DNA of 64,000 nucleotides from Escherichia coli (GCF_003334355.1 NZ_QOWP01000002.1); one strand, 5' to 3'. Positions 1 through 14,822 are shown, numbered from the stretch's first letter. Notes: generated by a model from the letters alone, not told the origin. Program-made: numbers and translations.

Positions 1-197
1 TTATAGGGAATATTTACAGGTTTGTTACACTTATCGTGCCATAAAATTGACCATCAAGGCAAAATATCCCGCCCCGTTAGACGTATTATTTTTCATTAAA
101 AATGCTTAAGTATGCATTTCAATGCACCACGATAGTGCAACAAACCTGGCGTGCACCATGATGATCATTCCATCAGGTACAGCTTCCCAGCGACGTA

Positions 198-980
198 TCA
201 GTCACCGTAGACATTAAAGTCGAAATACTTTTTCGCCATCTTGTCGTAGGTGCCGTCCTGACGCAGCTCGCCAAGCGCCTTATTGAAGGCAGCCGTCAGT
301 TCAGCATCATCTTTACGTAGCCCTACACCGGTGCCATCACCGAAGTATTTTTTGTCTTTTACTGATGAGCCAGCAAAGGCGAAATCTTTACCAGCAGGTT
401 GCTTGAGGAATCCTTCGCTGGCAGCAACTTCATCTTGTAACGCAGCATCCAGACGTCCTGCAGCCAGATCGGAATAGACCAAATCCTGGTTGGCATAGGC
501 CACCACATCCACGCCTTTACTACGCCAGGTCTCGTTAGCGTAAGCTTCCTGGGTTGATCCCTGCAGCACACCAACATGTTTACCTTTCAGTGAATCCAGC
601 GTTGGCTGAATCGGTGAACCTTTGGCCGCAATCAAACGAGAATCTGCGGCGTACAGCTTGTCGGAGAAGGCAATCTCCTGCTGACGTTTATCGGTAATGG
701 AAAGCGACGAAATAATAGCGTCGATTTTTTTCGCTTTCAGTGAGGGGATCAGCGCGTCAAAGTCACTGGCAACCCAGGTACATTTCACCTGCATCCGTTT
801 GCACATCTCGTTACCGAGATCGATATCAAAGCCAACAAAATCACCTTTAGCATCTTTCGATGAGAACGGTGCGTAGGTGGTATCGGTTCCGATACGTACC
901 GTCTCCGGTAGCGCCGCATAGCTGGAAGCCGCTGTGGAGAGACCGACTAACAAAGACAGAGCGAGAATCGACTTCTTCAT
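198..980 (-). CDS. argT: Periplasmic lysine/arginine/ornithine-binding protein (ABC transporter substrate-binding protein)
   Basis: 260-aa ORF with signal peptide and family-3 solute-binding protein sequence; sits immediately upstream of ubiX as argT does in E. coli; sequence matches ArgT rather than its paralogue HisJ from recall. Confidence 0.85.
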   Translation of the reverse strand: MKKSILALSLLVGLSTAASSYAALPETVRIGTDTTYAPFSSKDAKGDFVGFDIDLGNEMCKRMQVKCTWVASDFDALIPSLKAKKIDAIISSLSITDKRQQEIAFSDKLYAADSRLIAAKGSPIQPTLDSLKGKHVGVLQGSTQEAYANETWRSKGVDVVAYANQDLVYSDLAAGRLDAALQDEVAASEGFLKQPAGKDFAFAGSSVKDKKYFGDGTGVGLRKDDAELTAAFNKALGELRQDGTYDKMAKKYFDFNVYGD

Positions 981-1245
981 ACATAACCCTCAAGTGAAAA
1001 TGGCTTTTTTATGTTGTGTATTGTGTTGTGTGTTTGCAGGCTCTTTCATGCAGGTCTTATGCCATCTTGACGACAACAGTAACATTCAACGTTAAATATG
1101 TTAATAAGACGTTGCATTATTGTCCTGAAGTTGAAGATAGCAGGTATAGCGGTTGAATCGCAGCGTTTCGATTGAATGGCAGAAACAAAATGTCGAGGAT
1201 TTGATCGCGGTTGCAAAATTGCCCTGAAACAGGGCAACAGCGGAG

Positions 1246-1815
1246 TTATGCGCCCTGCCAGCGGGCAAAGAGATCTTCAGGAAGGGTTATCGCAAACTGG
1301 TCAAGAACACGATTAACCGTCTGATTTATCACATCATCAAGGGATTGCGGGCGATGATAAAACGCCGGAACGGGAGGCATAATCACCGCACCGATTTCTG
1401 CCGCCTGAGTCATTAAACGCAGATGGCCTAAGTGCAATGGTGTTTCACGCACGCAGAGCACCAACGGGCGACGCTCTTTCAGCACCACATCTGCCGCACG
1501 GGTCAGTAAGCCATCAGTATAGCTATGGACAATGCCGGAAAGGGTTTTGATTGAACAGGGTAAAATCACCATCCCCAGCGTCTGGAAAGAACCGGAAGAG
1601 ATGCTGGCGGCAATATCGCGCGCATCGTGCGTGACATCGGCTAATGCCTGCACTTCGCGCAGAGAAAAATCCGTTTCGAGGGATAAGGTCTGGCGCGCTG
1701 CCTGGCTCATCACCAGATGCGTTTCGATATCTGTGACATCGCGCAGAACCTGTAATAAGCGCACGCCATAAATCGCGCCGCTGGCACCGCTGATGCCTAC
1801 AATGAGTCGTTTCAT
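1246..1815 (-). CDS. ubiX: Flavin prenyltransferase UbiX
   Basis: 189-aa ORF, flavoprotein fold (MKRLIVGISGASGAIYGVRLL...), conserved position next to purF. Confidence 0.9.
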   Translation of the reverse strand: MKRLIVGISGASGAIYGVRLLQVLRDVTDIETHLVMSQAARQTLSLETDFSLREVQALADVTHDARDIAASISSGSFQTLGMVILPCSIKTLSGIVHSYTDGLLTRAADVVLKERRPLVLCVRETPLHLGHLRLMTQAAEIGAVIMPPVPAFYHRPQSLDDVINQTVNRVLDQFAITLPEDLFARWQGA

Positions 1816-1909
1816 AAATAGTTGCCCTGTCAGACTTGCAGGCAGACTTTGCAGGATTTCGGCGGGAGTTGCAAGTCAGGGTGCCAGACCGGCACCCTCA
1901 GCGAAGGCA

Positions 1910-3427
1910 TCATCCTTCGTTATGCATTTCGAGATTTTCCACTTCGTTCTGACGTTGCACTGCTTTGGCGTCATCATTACGTAACGTATCGAGGAAATCG
2001 AGGTAGCCCTGATCAACGTCTTTGGTGACGTAGACGCCGTTGAATACCGAGCATTCAAACTGCTGAATATCCGGGTTTTCCGCGCGGACGGCTTCGATCA
2101 GATCGTTCAGATCCTGGAAAATCAACCCGTCAGCACCGATGATCTGGCGAATTTCATCCACTTCACGACCGTGAGCGATTAGCTCCGTGGCGCTCGGCAT
2201 ATCAATACCATAAACGTTCGGGAAGCGAATTTCCGGTGCCGCAGAAGCGAGGTACACTTTCTTCGCTCCGGCTTCGCGTGCCATCTCGATAATCTGCTCA
2301 GAAGTGGTGCCACGGACGATGGAGTCGTCGACCAGCAGGACGTTTTTATCGCGGAACTCGGCGCGGTTGGCATTCAGTTTACGGCGCACGGACTTACGAC
2401 GCAGCTGCTGGCCCGGCATGATAAAGGTGCGGCCAACATAGCGGTTTTTAACGAAGCCCTGGCGGTACGGTTTGCCCAGAATACGAGCAATTTCCAGCGC
2501 GATATCACACGAGGTTTCTGGGATCGGGATCACCACGTCGATATCCAGATCTTCCCATTCGCGGGCAATTTTCTCGCCCAGTTTCGTGCCCATATTCACA
2601 CGCGCGCTGTAAACGGAAATTTTGTCGATGAACGAGTCCGGGCGAGCAAAGTATACATACTCAAACAGGCACGGATTGCTGACCGGATTGTCAGCACATT
2701 GACGGGTAAACAACTGCCCTTCTTCAGTGATGTAAATCGCTTCGCCCGGCGCGACGTCACGCAGGAAATCAAAGCCCAGCGTATCGAGCGCTACGCTTTC
2801 GGAAGCGACCATATATTCTGTACGGTTCTCGTCAATATCACGTTTTCCCAGTACCAGCGGACGAATCCCGTTTGGATCGCGGAAAGCAACCATACCGTGG
2901 CCGATAATCATCGCCACACAGGCATACGCGCCGCGGATTAAGCGGTTTGTGGCAGCAATGGCAGCGAAAATATTGTCGGCTTCCAGCGGGTAGTGGCGGA
3001 AATTGTCCAGCTCGCTGGCGAAGATATTAAGCAGAATTTCCGAGTCGGAAGTGGTGTTGATGTGGCGGCGTTTTTCTTCAAACAGTTTTTTACGCAACTC
3101 GTGAGCGTTGGTCAGATTGCCGTTGTGGGCAAGCGTAATGCCATACGGGGAGTTAACGTAAAACGGCTGCGCTTCAGAGGCGCTGGAGCTGCCAGCCGTG
3201 GGGTAACGCACATGACCAATGCCCATATTGCCCTGCAAACGCTGCATATGGCGAGCTTCAAATACATCGCTCACCAGCCCGTTCGCTTTACGCAAACGGA
3301 AGCAGTTATTGGCATCTATGGTGATGATGCCGGCGGCATCCTGACCGCGATGCTGAAGCACCGTTAAGGCATCATAAATCGACTGGTTAACCGGCATAAC
3401 ACCGGCGATACCGACAATACCGCACAT
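1910..3427 (-). CDS. purF: Amidophosphoribosyltransferase
   Basis: 505-aa ORF starting MCGIVGI (N-terminal Cys glutamine amidotransferase) with PRTase domain. Confidence 0.95.
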   Translation of the reverse strand: MCGIVGIAGVMPVNQSIYDALTVLQHRGQDAAGIITIDANNCFRLRKANGLVSDVFEARHMQRLQGNMGIGHVRYPTAGSSSASEAQPFYVNSPYGITLAHNGNLTNAHELRKKLFEEKRRHINTTSDSEILLNIFASELDNFRHYPLEADNIFAAIAATNRLIRGAYACVAMIIGHGMVAFRDPNGIRPLVLGKRDIDENRTEYMVASESVALDTLGFDFLRDVAPGEAIYITEEGQLFTRQCADNPVSNPCLFEYVYFARPDSFIDKISVYSARVNMGTKLGEKIAREWEDLDIDVVIPIPETSCDIALEIARILGKPYRQGFVKNRYVGRTFIMPGQQLRRKSVRRKLNANRAEFRDKNVLLVDDSIVRGTTSEQIIEMAREAGAKKVYLASAAPEIRFPNVYGIDMPSATELIAHGREVDEIRQIIGADGLIFQDLNDLIEAVRAENPDIQQFECSVFNGVYVTKDVDQGYLDFLDTLRNDDAKAVQRQNEVENLEMHNEG

Positions 3428-3463
3428 ACGTCTTTTTCCTCGTTAAGCCACATCTCAGAGCAC

Positions 3464-3952
3464 TTACGCTCTGGGCAAGAAACTTGACGAGCTTTGCAGA
3501 TAATCAAAAAACCATCTGATGATAAAACTGAATTGCGGGATCAGCTGTGATTTGCTCCAGTCTTCGCTTTTCGACACCCCGGTAAAGGAGTCGAGAAAGA
3601 AGAGAATGGCAGCAACAATCAACACACCGCGCAACGCACCGAAACAGACGCCCAGCACCCGATCGGTGCCTGACAACCCCGTTTTCTCCACCAACTGGCC
3701 TATCACGAAGTTCACGATAGCACCAACGATCAGGGTAGCGATAAACAGTACCGCGATGGCAATCCCATTTCGAACCAGTTCGTCTTCAAAGCCCGTAAAC
3801 CAGACTGACAGGTAAGTGTAGTAATGACTGGCAACAAAGAAAGCACAACCCCATGTCACCAGCGATAACGCTTCACGAACAAAGCCGCGGATCAGGCTAA
3901 CCAGAGAGGAAAAAGCAATCACCGCGATTATGGCGTAATCAATCCAGACCAT
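3464..3952 (-). CDS. cvpA: Colicin V production membrane protein CvpA
   Basis: 162-aa hydrophobic ORF directly upstream of purF in the same orientation (purF operon). Confidence 0.9.
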   Translation of the reverse strand: MVWIDYAIIAVIAFSSLVSLIRGFVREALSLVTWGCAFFVASHYYTYLSVWFTGFEDELVRNGIAIAVLFIATLIVGAIVNFVIGQLVEKTGLSGTDRVLGVCFGALRGVLIVAAILFFLDSFTGVSKSEDWSKSQLIPQFSFIIRWFFDYLQSSSSFLPRA

Positions 3953-4094
3953 ATGTGTCCCACGATTTTACGCCCTGTCATCCTGTTCGGGGCGCATTCT
4001 AACAGAAAAAGAAAACGTTTGCGTAGGGATTTCCTTCCCGCGCATCAATAAAAATGGCGCTGAAAAAATATTCAACGCCATCGACTTTTTATGC

Positions 4095-4205
4095 CTTTGC
4101 GGCATCGGGCAATGCGTGTCGGATGCGGCGTAAACGCCTTATCCGACCTACGGTTCTACCCCTGCGTAGGCCTGATAAGACGCGCCAGCGTCGCATCAGG
4201 CAAGA
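4095..4205. repeat. REP/BIME repetitive extragenic palindromic elements
   Basis: Intergenic GCCGGATGCGGCGTAAACGCCTTATCCGACCTACG-type motifs between cvpA and dedD. Confidence 0.5.
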
Positions 4206-4210
4206 CCGTA

Positions 4211-4873
4211 TTAATTCGGCGTATAGCCCATTACCACGCCACTTAAGCCAGAAAGTTGCTTCAACTCACCCAGCGAACCTTTCAGCTTATCTTTCGAGGC
4301 ATCCGGCCCAACCAGAATACGGGTAATTTTACCCTGCACTGGCGTGGATGGCGACGTATAAACCCGATAACCGGCACCGCGCAGCTTACCGACAATCTCA
4401 TTCACTTTATCGGCATTTTTCAGCGCACCCAGTTGCACAACATAGGCTTTACCCGTCGGTGCAGCTTTTTCTTCCACGACCGGCTTCGGTTCTGGCTTCG
4501 GCGCAGGTGGTGCTTCAACCTTTGGTTTAGGCGGCTCCACCGGTTTCGGCTTCGGTGGGGCGACCGGTGCAGGTTCCGGTTCAAACTCGGTGTTATTGGC
4601 TGCAATAGTGGCCGGATCGAGCGACGGTGCTGCGGCATCACCTGCCCGCACCTCTTCCGCTGCGCCTTCCGGCGGCTGCGTCGGTAACGCCTGGGTGGCG
4701 GCTGGCATCATATCAGGCTCATCACGATCGCCCGCTTTCGGCACCAGCGGGATAGCCGCGAACTCATCCTGATAATGTTTTTTCTGCCCGTCCAGCAGCC
4801 CTGGAAGTACAATCACCCCCAGCGCCACCAGCACGATCGTGCCCACTAACCGATTCTGAAACTTACTTGCCAC
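4211..4873 (-). CDS. dedD: Cell division protein DedD (SPOR domain, Pro/Ala-rich linker)
   Basis: ORF track gives 4211..4891; probable GTG start at 4873 yields the 220-aa DedD; start overlaps folC stop. Confidence 0.8.
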   Translation of the reverse strand: MASKFQNRLVGTIVLVALGVIVLPGLLDGQKKHYQDEFAAIPLVPKAGDRDEPDMMPAATQALPTQPPEGAAEEVRAGDAAAPSLDPATIAANNTEFEPEPAPVAPPKPKPVEPPKPKVEAPPAPKPEPKPVVEEKAAPTGKAYVVQLGALKNADKVNEIVGKLRGAGYRVYTSPSTPVQGKITRILVGPDASKDKLKGSLGELKQLSGLSGVVMGYTPN

Positions 4874-6131
4874 CGCTTCTCCTCGCGTCAATCACTTCCA
4901 TGACATGTGCGACCGTGTGGAAAGAACCACACACCAGCACGGTGTCTTCCGCTTTAGCGTCCGCCATTGCGGCATCCCATGCCTGCGCAACGCTATCAAA
5001 TGATTTGCCGTTACCCAAATGCTCAAGCAGTTGTTCTGCCGTGGCACCGCGCGGCCCTTCCAGTGGCGCACAATACCAGTCATCAACCACGCTTTTCAAC
5101 CAGGCCAGAGTTCCGGCAATATCTTTATCATGTAGCATACCGATAACCGCCAGCACGCGCCCGTTTTTCGGTAGCGCTTTCATACGCCCGGTGAGATATT
5201 CCGCCGCATGTGGATTATGCGCGACATCAAAAATAACGCGTGGCGACTCGCTCACAATCTGGAAACGTCCCGGCAAAATTGCGCTGGCAATCCCGTCGCG
5301 AATGGCATTTTCACTGACTTCCAGCCCGCTGGCACGCAGTGCCGCCAGCGCTGTTGCGGCATTCGGTTGCGGGACAAGCGGCAACGGCAGATTTTCCAGC
5401 GTGCCGTGAGCATCGCTAAACGCCCAGTCATGATCGGTGACGGAATAGTTCCACTCAACGCCCCGACGTTGTAACAGTGCACCTTTTTCCTGCGCCACAT
5501 CAGCAATGGTAGAAGGCATTTCCGGCTCACCGACAATTGCCGGTTTTTCGCTGCGGAAGATGCCTGCTTTCTCGCGACCAATACTTTCGCGATCTGGACC
5601 CAGCCAGTCGGTATGATCCAGCGCAATACTGGTTACTACCGCGACATCGGCGTCGACAATATTGGTTGCGTCCAGACGACCGCCCAGCCCTACTTCCAGA
5701 ATCACCACGTCAAGTTGTGCCTGCTTGAACAGCCACAACGCCGACAGCGTACCGTACTCGAAATAGGTCAGGGAAATATCACCGCGTGCCGATTCAATCT
5801 CCGCAAAAGAGGCGGTGTGGGCCGATTCCGGCAATTCCTGGCCCTGCACACGTACGCGCTCGGTATAACGCACCAGATGAGGCGAACTGTAGACGCCCAC
5901 TTTGTACCCTGCCGCCATCAGAATCGACTCCAGCGTACGGCAGGTGGTGCCTTTGCCATTCGTACCCGCAACGGTAAACACAAATGGCGCTGGTTTCAGG
6001 ACGCCAAGACGCGCCGCGACCAGGCTCACGCGCTCAAGGCCGAGATCGATAGTTTTACTGTGCAGGTTTTCCAGATAAGAAAGCCACGAAGCCAGAGGCG
6101 ACGCGGCTTGAGGAGTGCGTTTGATAATCAT
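4863..6131 (-). CDS. folC: Bifunctional folylpolyglutamate synthase / dihydrofolate synthase
   Basis: 422-aa ORF with Mur ligase family motifs (TVAGTNGKGTT). Confidence 0.9.
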   Translation of the reverse strand: MIIKRTPQAASPLASWLSYLENLHSKTIDLGLERVSLVAARLGVLKPAPFVFTVAGTNGKGTTCRTLESILMAAGYKVGVYSSPHLVRYTERVRVQGQELPESAHTASFAEIESARGDISLTYFEYGTLSALWLFKQAQLDVVILEVGLGGRLDATNIVDADVAVVTSIALDHTDWLGPDRESIGREKAGIFRSEKPAIVGEPEMPSTIADVAQEKGALLQRRGVEWNYSVTDHDWAFSDAHGTLENLPLPLVPQPNAATALAALRASGLEVSENAIRDGIASAILPGRFQIVSESPRVIFDVAHNPHAAEYLTGRMKALPKNGRVLAVIGMLHDKDIAGTLAWLKSVVDDWYCAPLEGPRGATAEQLLEHLGNGKSFDSVAQAWDAAMADAKAEDTVLVCGSFHTVAHVMEVIDARRSGGK

Positions 6132-6200
6132 GGTATCCGCTGATTCGTTACGGTGAGAATAGCAAAAGGGCAGAGCCAGTGGCCCTGCCCTTATCAGTTA

Positions 6201-7115
6201 TCAGGCCTCAGGTTCCTGATCCGGTACCGGGGGTACCACTACGCCTTCACGCGGCGCTTCAGGATTCGGCGCTGGCAGATTCATCAACTTCGCCAGAATG
6301 CTCGCCAGTTTCAGGCGCATTTCCGGACGACGGACGATCATGTCGATCGCGCCTTTCTCGATCAGGAATTCACTGCGCTGGAATCCAGGCGGCAGTTTTT
6401 CGCGAACGGTCTGTTCGATAACACGCGGACCGGCAAAGCCGATTAACGCTTTCGGTTCAGCGATGTTGAGATCGCCCAGCATGGCGAAACTTGCAGAAAC
6501 ACCGCCCATCGTCGGGTCGGTCAGCACGGAGATGTACGGCAAGCCGCGCTCCTGCATTTTTGCCAGTGCCGCAGAGGTTTTCGCCATCTGCATCAGCGAC
6601 ATCAGTGCTTCCTGCATACGTGCGCCACCAGAGGCGGAGAAGCAGATCAGCGGGCAGTTATCTTCCAGCGCCTGCTCAACGGCACGCACGAAACGTGCAC
6701 CCACAACAGACCCCATTGAACCGCCCATAAAGGCGAACTCGAATGCCGCAGCGACAACCGGCATTCCATACAGAGTGCCTTTCATCACCACCAGCGCATC
6801 TTTTTCGCCGGTTTCTTTCTGCGCAGATGCCAGACGGTCTTTATACTTCTTGGAGTCACGAAACTTCAGCACATCTTTCGGCTCAAGCTCGCTACCCAGC
6901 TCCACAAGGCTTCCTTCATCTAACAGGCTATGCAGGCGATTACGCGCTGTCATACGCATGTGATGGTCACACTTCGGACAGACCTCAAGATTACGTTCCA
7001 GCTCAGCGCGGTATAAAACCTGACCGCAGCTATCACACTTAGTCCACACCCCTTCAGGAATGCTCGCCTTGCGGGTGGGAGTAATGTTGCTTTTAATTCG
7101 TTCAATCCAGCTCAT
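6201..7115 (-). CDS. accD: Acetyl-CoA carboxylase carboxyltransferase beta subunit
   Basis: ORF extends to 7199, but the AccD N-terminus [10 protein letters not shown] with its Cys4 zinc finger begins at the ATG at 7115 (304 aa). Confidence 0.9.
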
Positions 7116-7270
7116 TAGGGACCTTTCTGTCTGAACCTGGTTCGATGCCAGTTTTATCTTTGGGGACGCATAATGCCATTTTTGCCCCCAACAGACCATG
7201 AATGTTGCACATTAAAACATAACAGCCCGAAACTTTGGATAAAAAAGTGGTCGAACCGCGGAGTTACTTT

Positions 7271-7930
7271 TTATTTTGCGGCGCGTGCCGCAGCGCGTTT
7301 GTGACGGATTATTTCGATGACGCCCGGCAAAATAGAAACCACAATAATCCCGACGATCAGCAGCTTAAGGTTATCCTGAACCATCGGGATTGTACCGAAG
7401 AAATAGCCTGCGTAGGTAAAAAGCAGTACCCACAACAGTGCGCCGATCACGTTATAAGCGGCGAAATGACGGTACGACATGTGGCCCATTCCCGCAACAA
7501 ACGGGGCGAACGTTCTGACGATCGGCACAAAACGGGCGAGAATAATCGTTTTGCCGCCATGTTTCTCATAAAACTGATGGGTTTTGTCGAGATAACTGCG
7601 ACGGAAAATTTTCGAATTGGGATTACTGAACAACTTTTCACCGAACAACCGCCCGATAGTGTAATTGACCGCGTCACCCACAATCGCGGCGATCAGCATC
7701 AGCACCACCATCATATGGACGTTGAGATCGTTGGTTTCCAGTGATGCCAACGCTCCGGCAACAAACAGCAATGAATCACCCGGTAAAAACGGCGTTACCA
7801 CCAGACCGGTTTCACAGAACAAAATTAAGAACAAAATGGCATAAACCCAGACGCCGTACTCCGCGACCAGCTCTGCCAGATGCACGTCAATGTGCAGGAT
7901 AAAATCGATGAGGAAATAAATCAGGTCCAT
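7271..7930 (-). CDS. dedA: DedA family inner membrane protein
   Basis: 219-aa multi-TM ORF, conserved position between accD and truA. Confidence 0.85.
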   Translation of the reverse strand: MDLIYFLIDFILHIDVHLAELVAEYGVWVYAILFLILFCETGLVVTPFLPGDSLLFVAGALASLETNDLNVHMMVVLMLIAAIVGDAVNYTIGRLFGEKLFSNPNSKIFRRSYLDKTHQFYEKHGGKTIILARFVPIVRTFAPFVAGMGHMSYRHFAAYNVIGALLWVLLFTYAGYFFGTIPMVQDNLKLLIVGIIVVSILPGVIEIIRHKRAAARAAK

Positions 7931-8012
7931 ATTTGCCTATGCCTTGTACTCGTCATCTTTCAGGCTGTAACTACGTTGGCTACAGCCTGAAATGTTCCGA
8001 GCATTATTCTCG

Positions 8013-8825
8013 TTAGTCCGCCAGAAATAGCGGGCCCATTGGCGGTTTTGGAAGATCATACCGGTCAGGGTAATCCACCGCGACCAGATACAGCCCTTCC
8101 GCTTTTGCCGTTGCTGCCGCCAGCGTTCTGTCCTTTGCCGCCAGCAACTCTGCTATCCAGCTCTCCGGCTGGTTGTGGGCACCGACTTCCATCAGGCTGC
8201 CGACAATATTCCTGACCATATGATGTACAAAAGCATTCGCTTTAATATCTACCACCACATAAGGACCGTGACGCGTGACATTAATATGCATAACGTTGCG
8301 CCACGGGGTTCGGGACTGGCACTGCACCGCACGGAACGAGGTGAAATCATTCTCGCCCAGCAAGCATTGCGCAGCCCGATGCATCCGTTCAGCGTCCAGC
8401 GGTTCGTAAAAATGGGTTACCCCTTTACTCAGTACCGCCGGGCGCAGCCGATGATTGTAGATGATGTAGCGATAACGGCGAGCCGTGGCGCTAAATCGGG
8501 CATGAAAATCATCAGGTACAGCTTTAACCCAACGCACAGCGATGTCACCAGGTAAATTCGCATTTACGCCCAAGGTCCACGCCGCGTCTTTGCGCAGCGC
8601 GGTTGTTTCGAAATGCACAACCTGCCCGGTACCGTGTACCCCTGCGTCAGTACGCCCGGCGCAGAAGACGGTGATGGGTTCGTTCGCCACCTGGGAGAGC
8701 GCCTTTTCCAGCTTCTCCTGCACACTGCGAACTTCGTTCTGCCGTTGCCAGCCGTAATACTTACTGCCGTCGTACTCAATGCCCAGCGCAATTTTATAAA
8801 CTGGCGGTTGTTGCTGGTCGGACAT
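8013..8825 (-). CDS. truA: tRNA pseudouridine(38-40) synthase
   Basis: 270-aa ORF with TruA family sequence (catalytic Asp in RTDAGVH). Confidence 0.9.
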   Translation of the reverse strand: MSDQQQPPVYKIALGIEYDGSKYYGWQRQNEVRSVQEKLEKALSQVANEPITVFCAGRTDAGVHGTGQVVHFETTALRKDAAWTLGVNANLPGDIAVRWVKAVPDDFHARFSATARRYRYIIYNHRLRPAVLSKGVTHFYEPLDAERMHRAAQCLLGENDFTSFRAVQCQSRTPWRNVMHINVTRHGPYVVVDIKANAFVHHMVRNIVGSLMEVGAHNQPESWIAELLAAKDRTLAAATAKAEGLYLVAVDYPDRYDLPKPPMGPLFLAD

Positions 8826-9838
8826 TAGTACAGATACTCCTGCACCAGTTTCTCGGCGATTTTTACTGCCATCAGCGCGCCGCCAAAGCGAACGTTATCG
8901 GCCACCGACCAGAACTGGACTTGCTCCGGCATACCGTAGTCATTACGCACGCAGCCAACAGAAAGATGCGGCGTACCCGAAGCATCACCTACCTGAGTTG
9001 GGAATTCGTTCTCTTCAGAGAGCACAATATCTTCGCCTTGAACAAACGCATCACGCGCTTCTTCTGCTGCCAGTGGACGCAGAGCTTCAAAGTTGACCAT
9101 CTGGGCATGACCGTAGAATACCGGTGCCTGGACGACGCTAGCCGAAATCATCAGCCCTTCGTCCTGCAGGATTTTGCGTACTTCGTCAACGATACGACGT
9201 TCTTCACGCACGCTACCTTCGCTATCCGGCAGTAACGGCAGCATGTTGAACGCCAGCTGACGCCCGAAGAAATCTTCTTCGTCAATCGGAATGCCGTTGA
9301 GCAATTTCGCACTCTGCCCCGCTAACGCATCGACCGCTTTTTTGCCCTGGGCGGAGGCTGAAATCAGGCTGGTAACGCTGATACGTGATAAACCGCCCTG
9401 ATCGATTAACGGTTTCAGTGCCGCCAGCAGCTGGCTGGTCAGACTGTCTGGTACGGCGATGACATTCCGGTTCCGGTAATCTGTCAGTACAAACGGGTTT
9501 ACTTCCGGCACCACCAGCGGTACGTCGGGTTCGAGAGCAAACAATCCACTGCTGTCGATCACCAGGCAACCTGAGTTGGTCGCTTCTTCAACCCAGGCAG
9601 CGGTAGCTTCTTTGCCTGCGACAAAAAATGCCAGCTGCGCCTGCGTCCAGTCGAATTCAGCGGCATCCTGCACGGTGATTGTCTTACCACCAAAGCGCAG
9701 TTGTTCGCCTGCGCTTTCGTTACGTGCCAGTGCATAAATTTCCCCAACCGGGAACTGACGTTCAGCCAGCGTTTCAAGCAGGGCTTCGCCCACAGCGCCA
9801 GTTGCGCCCAGGACGGCAATGTTCCAGCCTTCAGACAT
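8825..9838 (-). CDS. usg: USG-1 protein (aspartate-semialdehyde dehydrogenase homologue)
   Basis: 337-aa ORF with N-terminal NAD-binding GATGAVG motif; overlaps truA start by 1 nt. Confidence 0.8.
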
Positions 9839-9903
9839 GGTGGTTTACTCCAGAAATAGCAAAGCTCCCTGCCAATGTTACAGCAGAGAGCATGAAGAAG
9901 AGA

Positions 9904-11040
9904 TTAACGTGCCGGATGATGAACGGCGTTAAAACCCAGTTTACACAGCAATGATGCCGCACTGGCGTCATCACAAATTACATACAGAGATGACCATTCA
10001 CGGCGCTCAAGATAGTTTTTGCGCAGTTTATCGAACTCACCCGGTATCCCGGCGACTTTACGCAGCGGTGCGTCATCGCGGCGCACATCATACACCAAAT
10101 GCACCAGCCTTTTCAGCGTCGGTTGATCGAGCGGGCCATGCAGCGTAATGCGACCAAACTCTGGCGCGGGCAGTAATGTATCCAGCGCAACGTGCTGTTC
10201 ATGCCCAATAAACTTGCTATAGGCTTCAAACACTTGCGTAGTACCGCGTGCTTTACCTTCCAGGGTATAACCTGCGATATGCGGCGTGCCGATATCCACT
10301 TTTGTCAGCAACTCCACGTTAAGTTCCGGTTCGCCTTCCCAGACATCCAGCACTACGCTTAACTTCTGGCCTTCATTCAGGCAGGTCAGCAACGCAGTAT
10401 TATCGACGACTGCGCCACGGCAGGCGTTAATCAGAATCGCTCCCGGCTTCAGGCTACGGATCAGTTTTTCATCCGCCAGATGCAGCGTTTTGTACGGCCC
10501 ATCTTTGAAGAGTGGCGTATGGAAAGTCAGAATATCCGCATGCTGAACTAATTCATCCAGCGAGCGGAAATCACCCTCATCCCCACGGTCAGCGCGAGGC
10601 GGATCGCAAAGCAATGTTTTAATCCCTAACGCTTCCAGTCGCGCCTGCAATCGACGTCCAACGTTACCAACGCCCACGATCCCCACCGTACGGTCGTGCA
10701 GTGAAAATCCATCGCGTTCGGCAAGCATCAGTAGTGAGGAGAAAACATATTCCACCACCGCAATCGCATTACAGCCAGGTGCAGCGGAAAAACCAATTCC
10801 CGCCTGCTTCAACCATGCTTCATCGACATGGTCGGTCCCCGCAGTGGCAGTGCCAACAAATTTAATGGGTTTTCCTGCCAGCAAAGATTCATTCACTTTC
10901 GTGACCGAACGCACCATCAGCGCATCCGCGTCTGCCAGTTGAGCGACGGGGATTGGACGCCCGGGAACCGCGGTCACCTCACCCAAACGGCTAAATAAGT
11001 CGCGGGCATAAGGCATATTTTCATCAACAAGGATTTTCAC
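9904..11040 (-). CDS. pdxB: Erythronate-4-phosphate dehydrogenase
   Basis: 378-aa D-2-hydroxyacid dehydrogenase family ORF at the conserved position. Confidence 0.9.
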   Translation of the reverse strand: MKILVDENMPYARDLFSRLGEVTAVPGRPIPVAQLADADALMVRSVTKVNESLLAGKPIKFVGTATAGTDHVDEAWLKQAGIGFSAAPGCNAIAVVEYVFSSLLMLAERDGFSLHDRTVGIVGVGNVGRRLQARLEALGIKTLLCDPPRADRGDEGDFRSLDELVQHADILTFHTPLFKDGPYKTLHLADEKLIRSLKPGAILINACRGAVVDNTALLTCLNEGQKLSVVLDVWEGEPELNVELLTKVDIGTPHIAGYTLEGKARGTTQVFEAYSKFIGHEQHVALDTLLPAPEFGRITLHGPLDQPTLKRLVHLVYDVRRDDAPLRKVAGIPGEFDKLRKNYLERREWSSLYVICDDASAASLLCKLGFNAVHHPAR

Positions 11041-11138
11041 GTTTGTGTTACCTGTATGAGACGAGAGTTAACCGGACAAGTGTGCCATAATCTCGCGGCC
11101 AGGCATACTTGCGAAGATTTCAGGTATAAGGATACGTA

Positions 11139-13312
<2,174 letters not shown>

Positions 13313-13504
13313 TTACTCCAGAATGCAGCGCAAGGCGAGGAGTATCCCCGTCTCATCTCTCTGGTTTCAGGGTTACGGTGCGTTGGCAGGATTTAACGCG
13401 TACGTCTTTTCAGAAGGAAATCGACAAAGCGGGAAGTTTGCCTGGAACAGGCGGCGATTGTCAATGATGTGAAAAAGGGAACCATCAGGTTCCCTTTTGC
13501 GTTA

Positions 13505-13600
13505 GTGCCGGAGGCCGCATTAGCGCGTAACGTCGGATGCGACGCTGGCGCGTCTTATCCGACCTACTCCGACTACTCCGACTACTCCGGCCTACTGCGA
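13505..13600. repeat. REP element with short tandem 9-mer (CTACTCCGA x3)
   Basis: CGTCTTATCCGACCTACTCCGACTACTCCGACTACTCCGGCCTAC immediately downstream of the fabB stop. Confidence 0.45.
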
Positions 13601-13601
13601 A

Positions 13602-14822
13602 TTAATCTTTCAGCTTGCGCATTACCAGCGTGGCGTTGGTGCCGCCGAAGCCGAAGCTGTTAGACATAACGGTGGTCAGTTCGCGATCGGTCGTTTCGGT
13701 CACGATGTTCAGACCTGCAGCCTGCTCGTCCAGCTCTTCAATGTTGATGCTCGGGGCGATAAAGCCGTGTTCCAGCATCAGCAGAGAGTAGATAGCTTCC
13801 TGTACGCCAGCAGCGCCCAGAGAGTGACCGGTCATGGCTTTGGTTGCAGAAATCGCCGGGCTCTTATCGCCGAACACTTCACGGATAGCTGCCAGTTCTT
13901 TCACGTCGCCAACCGGAGTCGAAGTACCATGAGAGTTCAGGTAATCGATTGGGGTATCAACGCCGTGCATCGCCATCTTCATGCAGCGTACTGCGCCTTC
14001 GCCAGACGGAGCAACCATGTCTGCACCATCAGAGGTTGCGCCGTAGCCAACGATTTCAGCATAGATGTGAGCACCACGCGCCAGCGCGTGTTCCAGCTCT
14101 TCAACCACTACCATACCGCCGCCGCCAGCGATAACGAAACCGTCACGGTGAGCGTCGTAAGTACGGGAGGCTTTTTCCGGGGTGTCGTTGTATTTAGTAG
14201 ACAGCGCACCCATCGCGTCGAATTCGCAGGCCATTTCCCAGCACAGCTCTTCGCCGCCGCCAGCAAACACGATGTCCTGTTTGCCCAGTTGGATCTGCTC
14301 TACTGCGTTACCGATACAGTGTGCGGAAGTCGCACACGCGGAGCTGATGGAGTAGTTAACGCCATGAATTTTAAACGGGGTGGCGAGGCAGGCAGAAACG
14401 CCGGATGCCATCGCTTTGGTGACCACATACGGGCCAACCGCTTTCAGGCCGCGCGGGCCGCGCATTGCGTCAGCGCCGAACACCTGGAAACGCGGGGAGC
14501 CGCCGCCGGAACCTGCAATCAGGCCAACGCGCGGGTTATTCTGGTAAGCTTCCGGAGAGAGGCCCGCATCTGCGATTGCCTGCTCCATAGAAAGGAATGC
14601 ATAAATGGATGCGTCGCTCATAAAGCGCACAACTTTGCGGTCAATGAGGCCAGTGGTATCCAGTTTTACGTTGCCCCAGACGTGGCTACGCATGCCGGAA
14701 TCCTTCAGCTCCTGAGAGAAAGTGATCCCTGAACGTCCTTCACGCAGAGATGCCAGGACTTCCTGCTGGTTATTACCGATGCTGGAAACAATGCCCAGGC
14801 CAGTAATCACTGCACGTTTCAT
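13602..14822 (-). CDS. fabB: 3-oxoacyl-ACP synthase I (KAS I)
   Basis: 406-aa ORF with thiolase-fold condensing-enzyme motifs (active-site Cys, [16 protein letters not shown]). Confidence 0.95.

Noticed and set aside
4400-4650. Proline/alanine/lysine-rich low-complexity repeats (PKPKPVEPPKPKVEAPPAPKPEPKP)
   Set aside because: This is the natural flexible linker of DedD, not a repeat element or mobile sequence.
6201-7199. N-terminal extensions in the ORF track for accD (to 7199), prmB (to 21990), mnmC (from 14921), yfcZ (to 34226) and intS (from 39976)
   Set aside because: The conserved protein N-termini start at internal ATG/GTG codons; the extensions are artefacts of longest-ORF calling.
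13767-14732. 321-aa ORF on the plus strand
   Set aside because: Lies entirely antisense within fabB, whose protein is unambiguous; a shadow ORF. The same applies to other long antisense ORFs such as 26304..27056 in the usher, 20590..21249 and 21253..21708 in prmB, 6298..6963 in accD, 5613..6143 in folC and 55902..56426 in the portal gene.
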